A stretch of DNA of 63,720 nucleotides, filler included, from Lenisia limosa (taxonomy: Eukaryota > Protista > Breviatea): the NCBI GenBank assembly GCA_001655205.1. It is 14 parts of 14 records of this genome, joined end to end, with 100 filler letters (N's around TTAATTAATTAA, not from the genome) between each part and the next. Parts side by side here need not be neighbours in the genome. Positions count along the whole stretch, not along the records: positions 7,807 to 17,065 come from LPNZ01007499.1; positions 17,166 to 18,529 come from LPNZ01001332.1; positions 18,630 to 20,934 come from LPNZ01003374.1; positions 21,035 to 29,280 come from LPNZ01008507.1; 10 more parts are not named here. The stretch is one strand, 5' to 3'. The position numbers were made by a program, and so were the translations under genes. Numbering within the stretch: position 1 is the first letter of the stretch; every line of letters starts with the position of its first letter. Below the pieces are notes generated by a model. That model worked only from the letters and a program-made list of their open reading frames with translations. It did no database searches and was not told the origin of the DNA. Below, piece after piece: positions 11,313 through 23,493 of this stretch.

Positions 11313-14300
11313 ATGATGGACAAGGTAAATAATATTGTGTTTGAGAATGAGTTTTTTTTTTTTTGGTTTTTTTTTTTCCTCTTCTTTTCCCTTGTACTCG
11401 GTTATTCNNNNNNNNNNNNNNNNNNNNNNNNNNNNNNNNNNNNNNNNNNNNNNNNNNNNNNNNNNNNNNNNNNNNNNNNNNNNNNNNNNNNNNNNNNNNN
11501 NNNNNNNNNNNNNNNNNNNNNNNNNNNNNNNNNNNNNNNNNNNNNNNNNNNNNNNNNNNNNNNNNNNNNNNNNNNNNNNNNNNNNNNNNNNNNNNNNCAA
11601 GGATGAATCTGGAAGTCCTGTCGAACAGCGGTGAGCATTTGGCTGTTATTATTATGGCAAATGCAACCTTTTGAATTTTAAAGAGATTTTTTAGGGTTTT
11701 ATTATTGTTTCGATTCTATTCTATTGTTTTTTTTTGTTTTTTTTTTTTNNNNNNNNNNNNNNNNNNNNNNNNNNNNNNNNNNNNNNNNNNNNNNNNNNNN
11801 NNNNNNNNNNNNNNNNNNNNNNNNNNNNNNNNNNNNNNNNNNNAAGAAGGTAAGACTCCTCAAACTTCACTTCGTTTTCTTTTTTCTCGTCACAATTGTA
11901 GACTGGGTTTGGCTCAAAAATGAAGAACCTTGTTGGAGGTCTGAGGGTGTTCAGTAACCTGATTCGTTTTTCTTCTTTTGGTAATCAAATCCTAACTTGG
12001 CAGGAGGTAAGAAGGAGGACGATGATGAGGCCTGGAGAGACACCAATGTCGGTGGCATCGGCAGCTCTGAGGTNNNNNNNNNNNNNNNNNNNNNNNNNNN
12101 NNNNNNNNNNNNNNNNNNNNNNNNNNNNNNNNNNNNNNNNNNNNNNNNNNNNNNNNNNNNNNNNNNNNNNNNNNNNNTCTCATCAATAAGGACAAGGCAC
12201 TTCGCAAGATGGCAGCTGAAGGAGAGAAGGCCTGGAAGAATGCGGGCACTGCTCCTGGTGTTAAAGTCTGGCATATTGAGAAGTTCAAGGTTTGCCCAAG
12301 ACAATTTTAATCCCCCCGGTTAATCGCGAATTATTTGTCGCAAGACACTCAAGAGTTTTTGGATGAGGCTGACCCCCTTCCCTAACCACCACAGGTCAAG
12401 GACTGGAAAAAGAAGAAGTATGGCAGCTTCTACTCTGGTGATGCCTACATTGTCCTCAGTACCTACAAGGTTTTTTCGTTATGGCAACATTTGGGTTTAA
12501 CCACCATTTAGGAAAAGGACAGCGATAAGCTTCTCCATGATGTCCATTATTGTGAGGAGCGTGTTGTTTTGTAGATTCCTTTTTTTTCGTGCATCANNNN
12601 NNNNNNNNNNNNNNNNNNNNNNNNNNNNNNNNNNNNNNNNNNNNNNNNNNNNNNNNNNNNNNNNNNNNNNNNNNNNNNNNNNNNNNNNNNNNNNNNNNNN
12701 NNNNNGATGAACGTGGTACTGCAGCTTACAAGACCGTTGAGCTTGATGACTTCCTTGATGGTTGGCTCACTTTGCTGTAAAACTTCAATGTTCAATGAAC
12801 ACACAATAAGGTGCTAACCTCTCCAGGAGTACCAGTCCAACGTCGTGAAGTTGAAGGATTTGAAAGCTCCCTCTTCCTCGGATACTTCCCCCCTGCCCTT
12901 CGTATCATGGATGGCGGTGTTGACTCTGGTGGGTGGTTTGAACCAGTTCAATGCTTGTTCTTAGTCCCGCTGATAGTGTTGGACTACTGGACCACATAAT
13001 TAGCCAACCTGAGCTTTTTCTTCAAACCACTGTGTATCTATCTTGGGATTAATTAAAAACCTTGGGATTAATTAATGTTTTCCAAATTTGCTTCTTTTTA
13101 TTTACTAAACCTCTTTGTTGTCCTTCTGGTGTTTATTATGCCTTCTTAGGATACTATTAACTCTATTGTACACATGTATCCGAAACATTCATTTAAACTC
13201 TGAATTTCCTTGTAAGAATAACTCAAAAAAAAATGTATCAAAATGGGAAACAATGAGAACTTAGCCCCTTTTCTTTGGCTTTTTTTTTGGCTTTTGGTGC
13301 CTTTTCGGTCTTACGACAGCATGACTTGTCTGGGGACAAATTATAATACCATCTGTAGTGGTAAGCTTAACATTTCTTGTTACAAACGGTTTCACTTCAT
13401 TCAAATTGGCGATTAGCTAAATAATAAACAATTGAATGGTGCAATGGACAGAGGAAGAATGAAGGGCGCTCCAGAAGGGCTACGTAACGAAATATATTTT
13501 CATAATAGAGCTATTTAGAGGTAAATGGTAAAAAAGATAGTAGTTTGGATGGTAAAATTTATGACTTCAGAAACAGTTTCAAAGACTTTCTAGTGCTTCA
13601 AATTGCATAATAAGACGCATTATAAACCCCCCTATGCCCATTTTTGGGTTGGACGCTTTTTTTCTTCTTTTTGGAGCAGATTCCGCTTAGCTCTATGAGG
13701 GACTAGTAACTAATGTTACAATTCATAATTTAACAGTATTACAGATAAAATCAAGCACTTTATTCACGACTTTACGGGCAAAAAGACCAAAATTTAATTG
13801 AATCCAAGGTTTTTAATTAATCCCAAGGTTTATGCGGAACAGCGTATGTTTTGTCAAGAGANNNNNNNNNNNNNNNNNNNNNNNNNNNNNNNNNNNNNNN
13901 NNNNNNNNNNNNNNNNNNNNNNNNNNNNNNNNNNNNNNNNNNNNNNNNNNNNNNNNNNNNNNNNNNNNNNNNNNNNNNNNNNNNNNNNNNNNNNNNNNNN
14001 NNNNNNNNNNNNNNNNNNNNNNNNNNNNNNNNNNNNNNNNNNNNNNNNNNNNNNNNNNNNNNNNNNNNNNNNNNNNNNNNNNNNNNNNNNNNNNNNNNNN
14101 NNNNNNNNNNNNNNNNNNNNNNNNNTCCGCGAAGTTGAACTGAAGGCTACCTCTCTCAACCATGGCGACTGCTTTGTCCTTGATCACGGCCTCATTATCT
14201 ACCAGTTCAATGGGTGAGCTTGTGATTCTTCTTTCCCCTTCTCTTTATGCGTCTTCATTTCCCCCATTATAACCAACATTACTAAAGTGTTGTTACATTA

Positions 14301-15103
14301 TAAGACGTAAGTCGTCCCCCTGGGAGCGCCGCCGTGCCGGCGAGGTCGTCAGCGCCATTGACAGCGAACGTGGCGGTCAGCCCGAGGTGAGTGTAATACC
14401 TTTTGTCATTCAGAATTGTATTGGATTTTTTCATGCAGCTTCCGGTATTATAGACGCTTATTTCCTTTCACCGTTTTTAGGTTATTGTCCTTGATGATGA
14501 TGGTAGTGAGCCCAAGGCCTTCTGGGAGGTAGCAGGGTTTAGAGGTATTCGCTCTATTTTGCCACATGGTCTCTTCCCCCTTACCACCCGCAGGCTCTCC
14601 GTGGCTCGGCCGCGGACGTTGCTGAAGACAGCACCGAAACCGACGCTGAAGCAGCAGCACAGGCCCAGCCTAAGCTCTTCAGAATGTCAGACAGAACCGG
14701 CAAGATGACCTGTACCAGGTGGGTGGTCTTTGACTGTTTTCTTGGTCAGTATAAAGGTTTACGATTTTAGAGTCAGCCCTGATGCCCCTCTCAAGAAGTC
14801 CATGCTCAATTCTGATGACGTCTTCATTCTTGATATTGGCTGCGAGATCTTTGGTGAGAATCGTGTTTATCATACAATTTTACAATTCTTTTGCCTTTAC
14901 TTGTTTTGAGTTTGAGTCTTTCCATTTCACCTTAACCCCTTCCCGCAGTCTGGGTTGGCAAAGGAGCTTCCAAGGCCGAAAAGCGTGAGGCAATGATGAA
15001 GGGTGAGCGCTATATCGTGGAGCAAGGCTACCCCAGCCATCTTCCCCTTACACGTCTTCTGGAAACAGGAGAAACTGACCTTTTCCTTTCTGCCTTCGAG
15101 TAA
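11313..15103 (+). CDS. Severin/fragmin-like three-domain gelsolin-family actin-severing protein
   Basis: AWRDTNVGGIGS, PGVKVWHIEKFKV, GSFYSGDAYIVL, DERGTAAYKTVELDD, VQRREVEGFES, SLNHGDCFVLD, LNSDDVFILD, VWVGKGASKAEKREAM, ends DLFLSAFE-TAA. Confidence 0.93.
13042..13827. mobile_element. ~790-bp non-coding element with 34-bp terminal inverted repeats in gelsolin intron
   Basis: CTTGGGATTAATTAAAAACCTTGGGATTAATTAA (13042-13075) inverted at 13794-13827. Confidence 0.7.
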
Positions 15104-15355
15104 ACGTTTCTTTATATTTATCATTATAATTGTATCATAGTTGCCGTAGTACAATTATGGCCCACTTCAATAACAACAACAAAAAGCAAAACCCCGGTCA
15201 TTGTTTTTAATAATAATAAATTTGAGAATGCCACCACATCAGTGAACGCCACCACATCAGTGACTTAGAAAAAGTAGAGAACCTAGCAACCAATACACAC
15301 CAACATAAACAAAATCGAAACAAAAAATAATAATAGAATCAAAAAAACAGAGGAA

Positions 15356-17065
15356 CTACGGCTCCCTAGGTCGCTTTAGAGACGACAAAAATGGGGGAAG
15401 AGACACATCGAGAGGTGACAATGAGGGGACAACATGAGCCCCAACTGAGGGCTGTAGACTCGGCGATACTGCAACATCAGAAGGTGACAATGGGGGGCTC
15501 AAAGGGTTGAAGGAGGAAACAAATATCATCTTCACTTACAGTTAACAGTTGAGTGCACTTGAGGAATCGGCTAAAATTGTTAAAACAAGAACACATAGAC
15601 ATTAGAAAGTTTGATAGGGTTTCTCGTTAAAAGTATTGCAACTTTGTAGTATTGTATAAGTTACCCAAGTGAAGATACCCTTGCAATACCTAAAAAGTGC
15701 TTACCTGGAGAGGAGGCGAAGGAAGTTGGGGAAGGCTGGACGGGAGGAGATAGGGCAATGAGAATGCGTTGGCCATTGACATGGCATTGGGCCCAATGGA
15801 ATCGTGGAAGAGAGTCGCCATCGGAACCTGGAAAGTGATAACCCTGGAAATTGGCATATGCTTTGATTCTGATTCCAATAGAAGATACACTAACAATTAT
15901 GATGGAACTAGTTGTCATAACTTCTGCGAGACAACAGAAATCAGGATTAACCAAAGCTGTCAACACAATCATGAAGAAAGTGAAATTAATGATGTGTTTT
16001 CACACACTTCGTTAAGAAATAAATGAGCCAGAATTCTCTTTTTTGCTGCATTTATTGATATTAGGGCTTCCCCACGGTCCGAAAAGATCAGTAAAAACTC
16101 GATATTTATTGAGGAGTTCTCGAGAAATGCAGTCTTTTTTTTGGGACCGTAAGGAAGTCTATTTATAATACATCTACTATATAAAAGTGGACTTATTCAA
16201 AGTCCACGCGTTATACATGTGGGACAATGTGGACAACTGGACATGGTGTCAACAGGATTAACATCACTTCTCTTTAAATAAAAAACAGAGAAGCTGTTTC
16301 ATTTACTCACTTTAGGGTTGTCAAAGATGCCAGAATTGGATGAAGTGTCCGTATGGTTTTCCGTAGGAGGGTTCGTGGATGACTGGACTGGAGTCGGGAG
16401 CGGCGTCGGCAGCGGTGAAGGTACTATTCCGAGGCCCATGACAGAGGGTGGATTGTTGATGAAGGCAGTGGGGTCGAAGTTCAGCGCCATGCTACTGACT
16501 GATTGCGGAATATTGGCCGACATAATCTGAGGTAGGTGAATATTTCAATGAACAACAAGTTATCAAGCTATTTGCAATTTATGAAAGGCGAAATGGTCAT
16601 TGCATACTTGGGGGAAGGTGAAGATGTTTGGAAGGATTTGGGAACCCAAAAGGCCAACAGGCGGCTGGGATGAAGGCGGCACACTAACCAGAGGGTCTAA
16701 GGGGAATTGCATTGGAGAAGCATCCGTCCTGCAGGGTAGTATCAACTCGTGTCTTTTATAGTGATAGCCACTATTGGCTTCCTCTATTGTATTTGAATAT
16801 TAAAAAATTATGAAGGGTATAATATTCAAAAAATAAAATAAAAATAATAAACACACACGGTATCGATATTATATAATGTGCATGATAAGTTTGTAAATTA
16901 GGCAACATAAAACAATATCGAACTATATGCACTAGCTGTAGAGCCTGACTTTCAGGGCCTGACCAGTACCTCTGCCTACTTTGTTAACCATTGTAGAGTT
17001 GGCGGCTTGGCTAGATCATAGATCGGCCCCGCAGAGCCGTCGGTCGGAACTGTCCCCTCTTGTAG
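15356..17065 (-). CDS. Pro/Ser-rich low-complexity protein, C-terminal part
   Basis: Spliced exons DASPMQFPLDPLVSVPP..., MSANIPQSVSSMALNFDP...DNPK, VPMATLFHDSIGPNAMS...PPLQ, ...LKRPREP-TAG. Confidence 0.5.
16062..16161. mobile_element. MITE family A copy
   Basis: TAGGGCTTCCCCACGGTCC...GGACCGTAAGGAAGTCTA, intronic. Confidence 0.8.
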
Positions 17066-17230
17066 NNNNNNNNNNNNNNNNNNNNNNNNNNNNNNNNNNN
17101 NNNNNNNNNTTAATTAATTAANNNNNNNNNNNNNNNNNNNNNNNNNNNNNNNNNNNNNNNNNNNNAGAGTAAAGATCATGTATTAATAAAGCAAACACCA
17201 TCAAGAAGCTCAGTCGAGAAGGAAGCAAAC

Positions 17231-18372
17231 CTGTGAGAGGCCTTGCGAAACCACGCTGCATGTCCTGAGCCTCCTTGATCTGCTCAGCTGTGCCGTGGCA
17301 CCACTCCAACTGCAGCGTTAGAGATGGCCAGCAATGTATTCATATCAGAGCGTGAAGGGCACAATAACAGATTACAATGGCCCCTGAATACAAAGTAATA
17401 AGATAAGTAAACATGTGCAGGTCTAAGAAGAAGCTCATGGTTAAAAAGCCCCCACCCTCCGCACCGAATAAGTTGACTTGAACATTGGACAGGCATTGAC
17501 CACAGTCATTTGGTCCACTGCCTGTGCGTCCACTCCTTGTGACTCCTGGCTCTCCTGATGGATGAAAAACAGAGCAAAAAAAAACATAAAATCCGCTCAA
17601 ATGAAGTTCCATTGCTCAAATACAGACACAAACCTGAGAGTCTTCTGGCATCTCTTCAATGGAAGGCTTAACTGACGCAGCTAAAGGGTCAAAACAATCC
17701 GTGGGTAAGTATAGCCCTAAAAATAGCCCTTTGTGCCTCAGTCGTAAGCACCACTCACCCTCGCGCTTCTCCTTATCAGTACTAATGATGTAGGCAAGTT
17801 CAAGAGCGGAAGTGCAGTATGGGATGACTCGGCCGCGAAAAAGTAAGACAAGCGAAGGTTCCGACTTTTTCTCATCATGTGCCTCAGGACCATCAAGTGA
17901 GGATAGACTACAAAATCAGAACAGCTTCATGATACAAAGTCAGAACAGCTTCATGATACTGGCTTTTTCCAGTCACCCTCAAACTCATCAAAAGTCTCTT
18001 CTTCCTCAGACTCGGCATCAGCGTCATCTTTCTGCAGTGTCAACATATTATGTTCAGAAAGATGTTGAGAAAGATGTTCAGAAGAAAGATGTTCAAAAAG
18101 ATGATAAATAGGTTCTAGAGCCTTGCCAACCTTCAACACTTTCTTCTCGAGAACACTAAGGAAGATTTGGACGGACGCCAAAGAGTCGACATAGAGGCTG
18201 AAGGTCATTTTGCAAGACTTGTCTTCGGGCTCAAGGAGGAAGTTCAGCTGCAGGGGTGGTGAGAATAGGAAAAAAAAAAAAAAAAACACGTGAGAGAAAA
18301 TCTCCATACCTGTTTAGTTAGACTCGTCAGCGAGGTGTGGAGTTCCTGAGAAGGGCCGTTCTGGCCTGGTAC
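17231..18372 (-). CDS. TRIP12/UPL3/Ufd4-like HECT E3 ligase, internal fragment upstream of the HECT domain
   Basis: SLTSLTKQ-LQLNFLLEP..., SLYVDSLASVQIFL and LVLLFRGRVIP resemble the conserved pre-HECT blocks of this family; HECT domain itself not in scaffold. Confidence 0.5.
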
Positions 18373-18716
18373 CTACAAACGTCAAACATGTTACAATAGG
18401 CACATTAATTAGCAGACTCTGTGTCTGGGTATAATGCATCGAATCAACATTGAATAACCTGGTCATAGTATATCATTTAGGGCTCCGTGCAATTAATTGC
18501 AATTATTGCCGGCAATTTTTTTTTTTTTTNNNNNNNNNNNNNNNNNNNNNNNNNNNNNNNNNNNNNNNNNNNNTTAATTAATTAANNNNNNNNNNNNNNN
18601 NNNNNNNNNNNNNNNNNNNNNNNNNNNNNTAACGATAAGCAAGGGGTGGGTGTAAGAATAACGATAAGCAAGGGGTGGGGTGTAAGTGGACGAATGGGAA
18701 TTTTCCTTAGAGAGCA

Positions 18717-20529
18717 GGACCCACCTCAGTCCTATTTGCGAGGATGCTGTCAGGCGACTGCGCTCTAAAGATGGAGGGAATAAAAGACCCTGGCAAGGTG
18801 AAAAAAAACAAAAAAAAAACAATATGTTTGAAAATAAAATAAAAAACGAGGATTCATTGTAAATGAAACAACCCCTTCCTCCCAGTAGAACTTGGTACAC
18901 ATGTTTACATAAACACTTCAACAAAGACCATCACACAAGCTATAATAATTCCCTCACCTCAATAATCTTCCCTCACAACCAAAGACCCCCCACCCCCAAG
19001 ATTCAAACCTCACCAAGAAGCACGGGGTAGGCAATGCAAGAACCCATGGTGTAAAACATGATGAAGGCCTGAACGAACTTGGCCGTGTTCTTTGACCAAA
19101 TCGTGTTGGCGACTTCGAAGTAACTACTGGCGTTCGTTTGTTTACCTGGGGGGGGGGGGGGGNNNNNNNNNNNNNNNNNNNNNNNNNNNNNNNNNNNNNN
19201 NNNNNNNNNNNNNNNNNNNNNNNNNNNNNNNNNNNNNNNNNNNNNNNNNNNNNNNNNNNNNNNNNNNNNNNNNNNNNNNNNNNNNNNNNNNNNNNNNNNN
19301 NNNNACCCCCCCACAGCATTTGGCAAGGCAAAGTAATCCGTAGTTAGATAGAAGCATAATAGTCAGCAACACCTGTGGAGTTGAGAGGGAAAATGATGAT
19401 AATGATGTGGAGTTATCAAGATTGGCTAAACTACGAATGCGGCCTCCATTCGAGCCCCACCTGGGATCTAAACAAAGCCCACCTGATCAGATAACAAGGC
19501 AGCGAATACACCCCCCCATACGGCAATTCCCGCGCCGAGCCCCGTGCATTTGAAGGCATAAGGCAGTGCTAACACTCCAGCTCCTGTGGGGTAAACAAAG
19601 GAGATGTTCAATGAAGAATACTGGAGAAATTAAAACCCTTCATGAGTTGAATATGCAAATAAATGGGAATAAATAAAAAAAAAAAGCTTCATTTCTGAAA
19701 CTAATTTTGAATCTCAGGATCATCAACTTTACAAGTGCAAAGTAAAGCCCAAAACCAAACCGTAATAATCTTGTTCAAACAAAAAAAAGAGAACTATCAA
19801 ACCCACAACACATACCTACAACCGTATTGGCGAGGTTGAAAGTGGCTCCCGGAACCCCGGCATTTCCAGCCGGCTTTGAGGCTGGGGAAGGTAAGATAAT
19901 TGGGCTTGGTATGCTTATTGTAAGGCTCGGAGGGCAGAAAGCTGTACAGAGTTGAAAGACAACAAATGATTGGGTGAATTAATATGATAGTGTAACCCAA
20001 TATCTATTATAAGCGTGAAGGTGTGGATGACCTTCGATAAAACCTTGTTTAATTTCTCATCTTTTGACATTTTGGAGGAAGGGTTAACTTGTTGCAAAAG
20101 CAAAACTATTTCTACGTTCATAATCATGGTTAGAGCACCCAATAAAGAGTCTTGAATAATAGGAAGTTAAATCTAAAAGAATGAACAGGTGAAATGTGCA
20201 CAACATAGCTGGGGAGTAGCCGGGAGTAGCGATGTTCGTTGATTGATATATTAATTTGACTGTAACACATGCAGCCCCTAAAGAAGAGCACACGCGGAAG
20301 CAATAAACAAATGGAATGACATCACAGAGCACATTGATCTGATGGTAATGGCCGTTTTATCGGACCCAACATCCACTATCCAATCACAAGCATAAATTTT
20401 GGAATAAAAAGCACGATAGACCAGAGAAATGCGCGATCTCCCACCGATTTCTGAAGATTGGATTGAACCAGCAGCTACTGACGGGTCAATAGGCGGCTCA
20501 TTGAGAAGTGGAGTCTGTTCAGAACTCAT
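18717..20529 (-). CDS. AAAP/SLC38-like amino-acid transporter, paralog 1 (3' end missing)
   Basis: MSSEQTPLL..., GATFNLANTVVGAGVLALPYAFKCTG, SSYFEVANTIWSKNTAKFVQAFIMFYTMGSCIAYPVLLGE. Confidence 0.9.
19934..20065 (+). repeat. Intronic repeat family B
   Basis: GCAGAAAGCTGT...ATGATTGGGTGAATTAAT...TATAAGCGTGA...CTTGTTTAATTTCTCATC shared with 32018-32104 (+), 60556-60615 (-) and 30825-30878 (3' part). Confidence 0.75.
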
Positions 20530-21138
20530 ATTGAGAGCAAATCAACGAACGCGGGTCTTATTAGAACGCTGAGCGCTTCAGAACCTGGATGGACGTTGAG
20601 TTTTCACCTTTTCTTGGGCTAATTATTAACCGCGTGCTACACTACTAACTTTGCTACACCAAAGTCTTTTGAAAAAGGAATCTTCTGGAGTGATTATTTT
20701 CGATTAAACTAACTTAATCAAAACCAATCAAAAAATCTGATCTTTGGGTTCATCTAAAAAGAAAACTGCTTAACATGCATCTCTATAGCCTCTGTGTGAA
20801 GCCGATATTCGTAAAACGTCAAAATGTAACACTCATATAGAGGCTGTACATGATCGATATCGATATCTTGATAGTCAATTGTTCAAAAACATGATAAACA
20901 TTGCATGTAAATGTGTAAATCAGATGAAGACAGTNNNNNNNNNNNNNNNNNNNNNNNNNNNNNNNNNNNNNNNNNNNNTTAATTAATTAANNNNNNNNNN
21001 NNNNNNNNNNNNNNNNNNNNNNNNNNNNNNNNNNTTTTTTTGAAAAAATATCACATTTCCAAAAAATATCACATTTCTGGACTCTACAGATATACATATC
21101 ATATGTATAATTCTTTGTTGAGGTTAAGAAACCATTTC

Positions 21139-22074
21139 TCACCCAGAAGGACACTGAAAGCGATGCAAATTCCAGATGTGTAGATCATGATCAGGAATTG
21201 GATCAGAACGGCAACTTTATTTCCCCAGGCAGCCCTGGCAAGTCCGAGATACGAAAAAGTCCCCGTACGTTCACCTGAACTCAGTGAACACGAATAGGAA
21301 AAGATTGTGAAAATAAGCAATGTAGAAGTCCCTTGCTTACACAATTTAATAATTGCTTGCATGGACAAGTTTGAAACGGTGCATACAAAAAAAAGAAGCT
21401 AGGAGGTTAGGGATAACGTAGTGACAAAGGGTTTGCTTACTCCAAGTCCGACTGAAAGTCCACTGCATTTGAGAGCAAAGGGCAGAGTCAGAATCCCACT
21501 GTAACGTCAATTAAAACATCCAAAAGTCCATTGCATTTGAGAGCAAAGGACAGAGTCAGAATCCCACTGTATAACGTCAATTAAAACATCCAAAATTAAA
21601 CAAGAGAACAATCTCCAAAAGAAGACTCATAAAGTGACTATCCGAAAGACACAATGACCAACCAAATCTGTAGTCCAAACGTCAAACGCAAAACAATCTC
21701 CACAACAAAATATTCCAATATTACTATCACCTATTTTCAAATGAGTAACACTGGTTCTAAAGCTGATTGACAATGAAAAGGACCAACATACACATCAGTG
21801 AAGCACAACCAAAGAGCACAACCTCTCTCCGCCTACGCTCCTATGATAGTATTCGACAAATTGAATGTGGCAGACGCTACAGAGGCATTGGCAGGTTCGT
21901 CAACAAATTCGACGGGGGGATCCTCTCCTGCAGAAAGTTAAGATAAATATATGTTGTAATTAAACCATTTCTGTAAACATTAATACCTTTAATATCCACA
22001 ATGGCATTCTCATTGGAGAGAAGTGACGCTTTTTCATCCACTCTCTCAGTGTTAATTGCTTCCTGACTGCTCAT
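21139..22074 (-). CDS. AAAP/SLC38-like amino-acid transporter, paralog 2 (3' end missing)
   Basis: MSSQEAINTERVDEKASLL..., SATFNLSNTIIGAGILTLPFALKCSG, TFSYLGLARAAWGNKVAVLIQFLIMIYTSGICIAFSVLLG. Confidence 0.9.
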
Positions 22075-22424
22075 ATTGTTTATGTAAATAATATACTGCC
22101 CATAAAGAAAGTTACAACCCAAAAACCCAAGTTAAAAAGCCTGAAGGCTCGGAAACAACATTCCTTCTTCGAAGCTCTAGCAAATTCTTGACCGTCCGCT
22201 GGGTTCCCATTCTTCTGAAGCATGGACAACAAAATGCTGAAGTCCTCTTCTCTACAAAACACCAACTCAACAACTCCCTTGCTTGCAGCACAGATCAATC
22301 GGATAAACCACCACCACCAACCCCAGTTTTACGACGCTTTCTTTATTACAAGTTTTGATACACGCCAAATTTGATAGTAAATTATAAATAGATAAATCCA
22401 AAAGGATTAGAGTGAACCCAGCAT

Positions 22425-23105
22425 TTAGGAAACGTGAACGAGAACCTCAGAGACGAGCTTGCCGTCCTTGAACTACACAATTAGTGTTAAATGCAAATAG
22501 ATGATAGAAAGAGTAAAAAAATAGGATAGAGCTAGCAAAGCCCAAAAATTAAGAGTAAACGCCAGCTTACGTGAGACTGGATGGTTTCGGGGACAGCAGA
22601 TTCAATCATGTCATCATCCTCCTTGGGGATGTTGATGTTGGTCTCAAAGCTTCCAGTGGTGTAGAATTCACAGTTGATGGACTCCTAAGGAGTAAAAAAG
22701 CGGAATAATGGTGATTAGTTGTTTTACGGGAATGACAGAAATCCACAAACCTTGTTAAGATAGACGACAGTGCCCTCAGATTTCTCAATGTTGAAAGCAG
22801 GAACAGTTCCTTGGACCTGGAGCTGGCACTTCTTACATTTGATGACCTCAACGGGGGCGATGCAGCTTTCGAAGACAACTCCGACCTTCTCACAGGACTC
22901 AACAATGACGTTACCGCACTTTCCCTTGATAACGACGGTGGATTCCTTGCAATGAGTGATCATGACGGATTGCTTGATGCAAGTGGTCTCAATTTCAATA
23001 GGCTCCTCCTTCTTGTCGAACTTCTCCTAAAAAACAATAATTAGGGGAAACAATCATATTTCAACTTACGACAATGTGGCGGGTCTTTTCCATAGAGACG
23101 GACAT
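22425..23105 (-). CDS. CAP: Stand-alone C-CAP (CARP beta-helix domain of cyclase-associated protein)
   Basis: MSVSMEKTRHIV-EKFDKKEEPIEIETTCKQSVMITHCKESTVVIKGKCGNVIVESCEKVGVVFES...FNIEKSEGTVVYLNK-...EDDDMIESAVPETIQSH-FKDGKLVSEVLVHVS-TAA; ~154 aa. Confidence 0.85.
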
Positions 23106-23493
23106 TTTATAAGTTTATAAACACAACAAACGTGGAGTGATTTTGAAAAAAAAAAATCCGACAAAAAAGCGGGAAATCCTTATCATCCTCTCGATATATT
23201 TTCGATATACTTCGAAATTTGACATCTCTCTATCATCCACCTCCACACTGTCCACACTGCTCAACACCTCAACACTCTGCTTGCGCTGCCACACTGCTGC
23301 CACATAGCCACCCACATAGTAGCACAGCAGAACAGCAAGAAGCCAAAGTGGATTCAGCCTTCCTCCACCCCCCCCCCCCAAAACTNNNNNNNNNNNNNNN
23401 CACGTATTATAGCTTATTATCATCGAATCACTCTATTGGAATCACCTGTTTGCACAAGAAAAACGAGCTTATTTTGCTCTTTGCGTTCTCTAA

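Noticed and set aside
18717-22074. Tandem cluster of two AAAP transporters
   Set aside because: They are on different scaffolds separated by a spacer at 20979; physical linkage cannot be inferred
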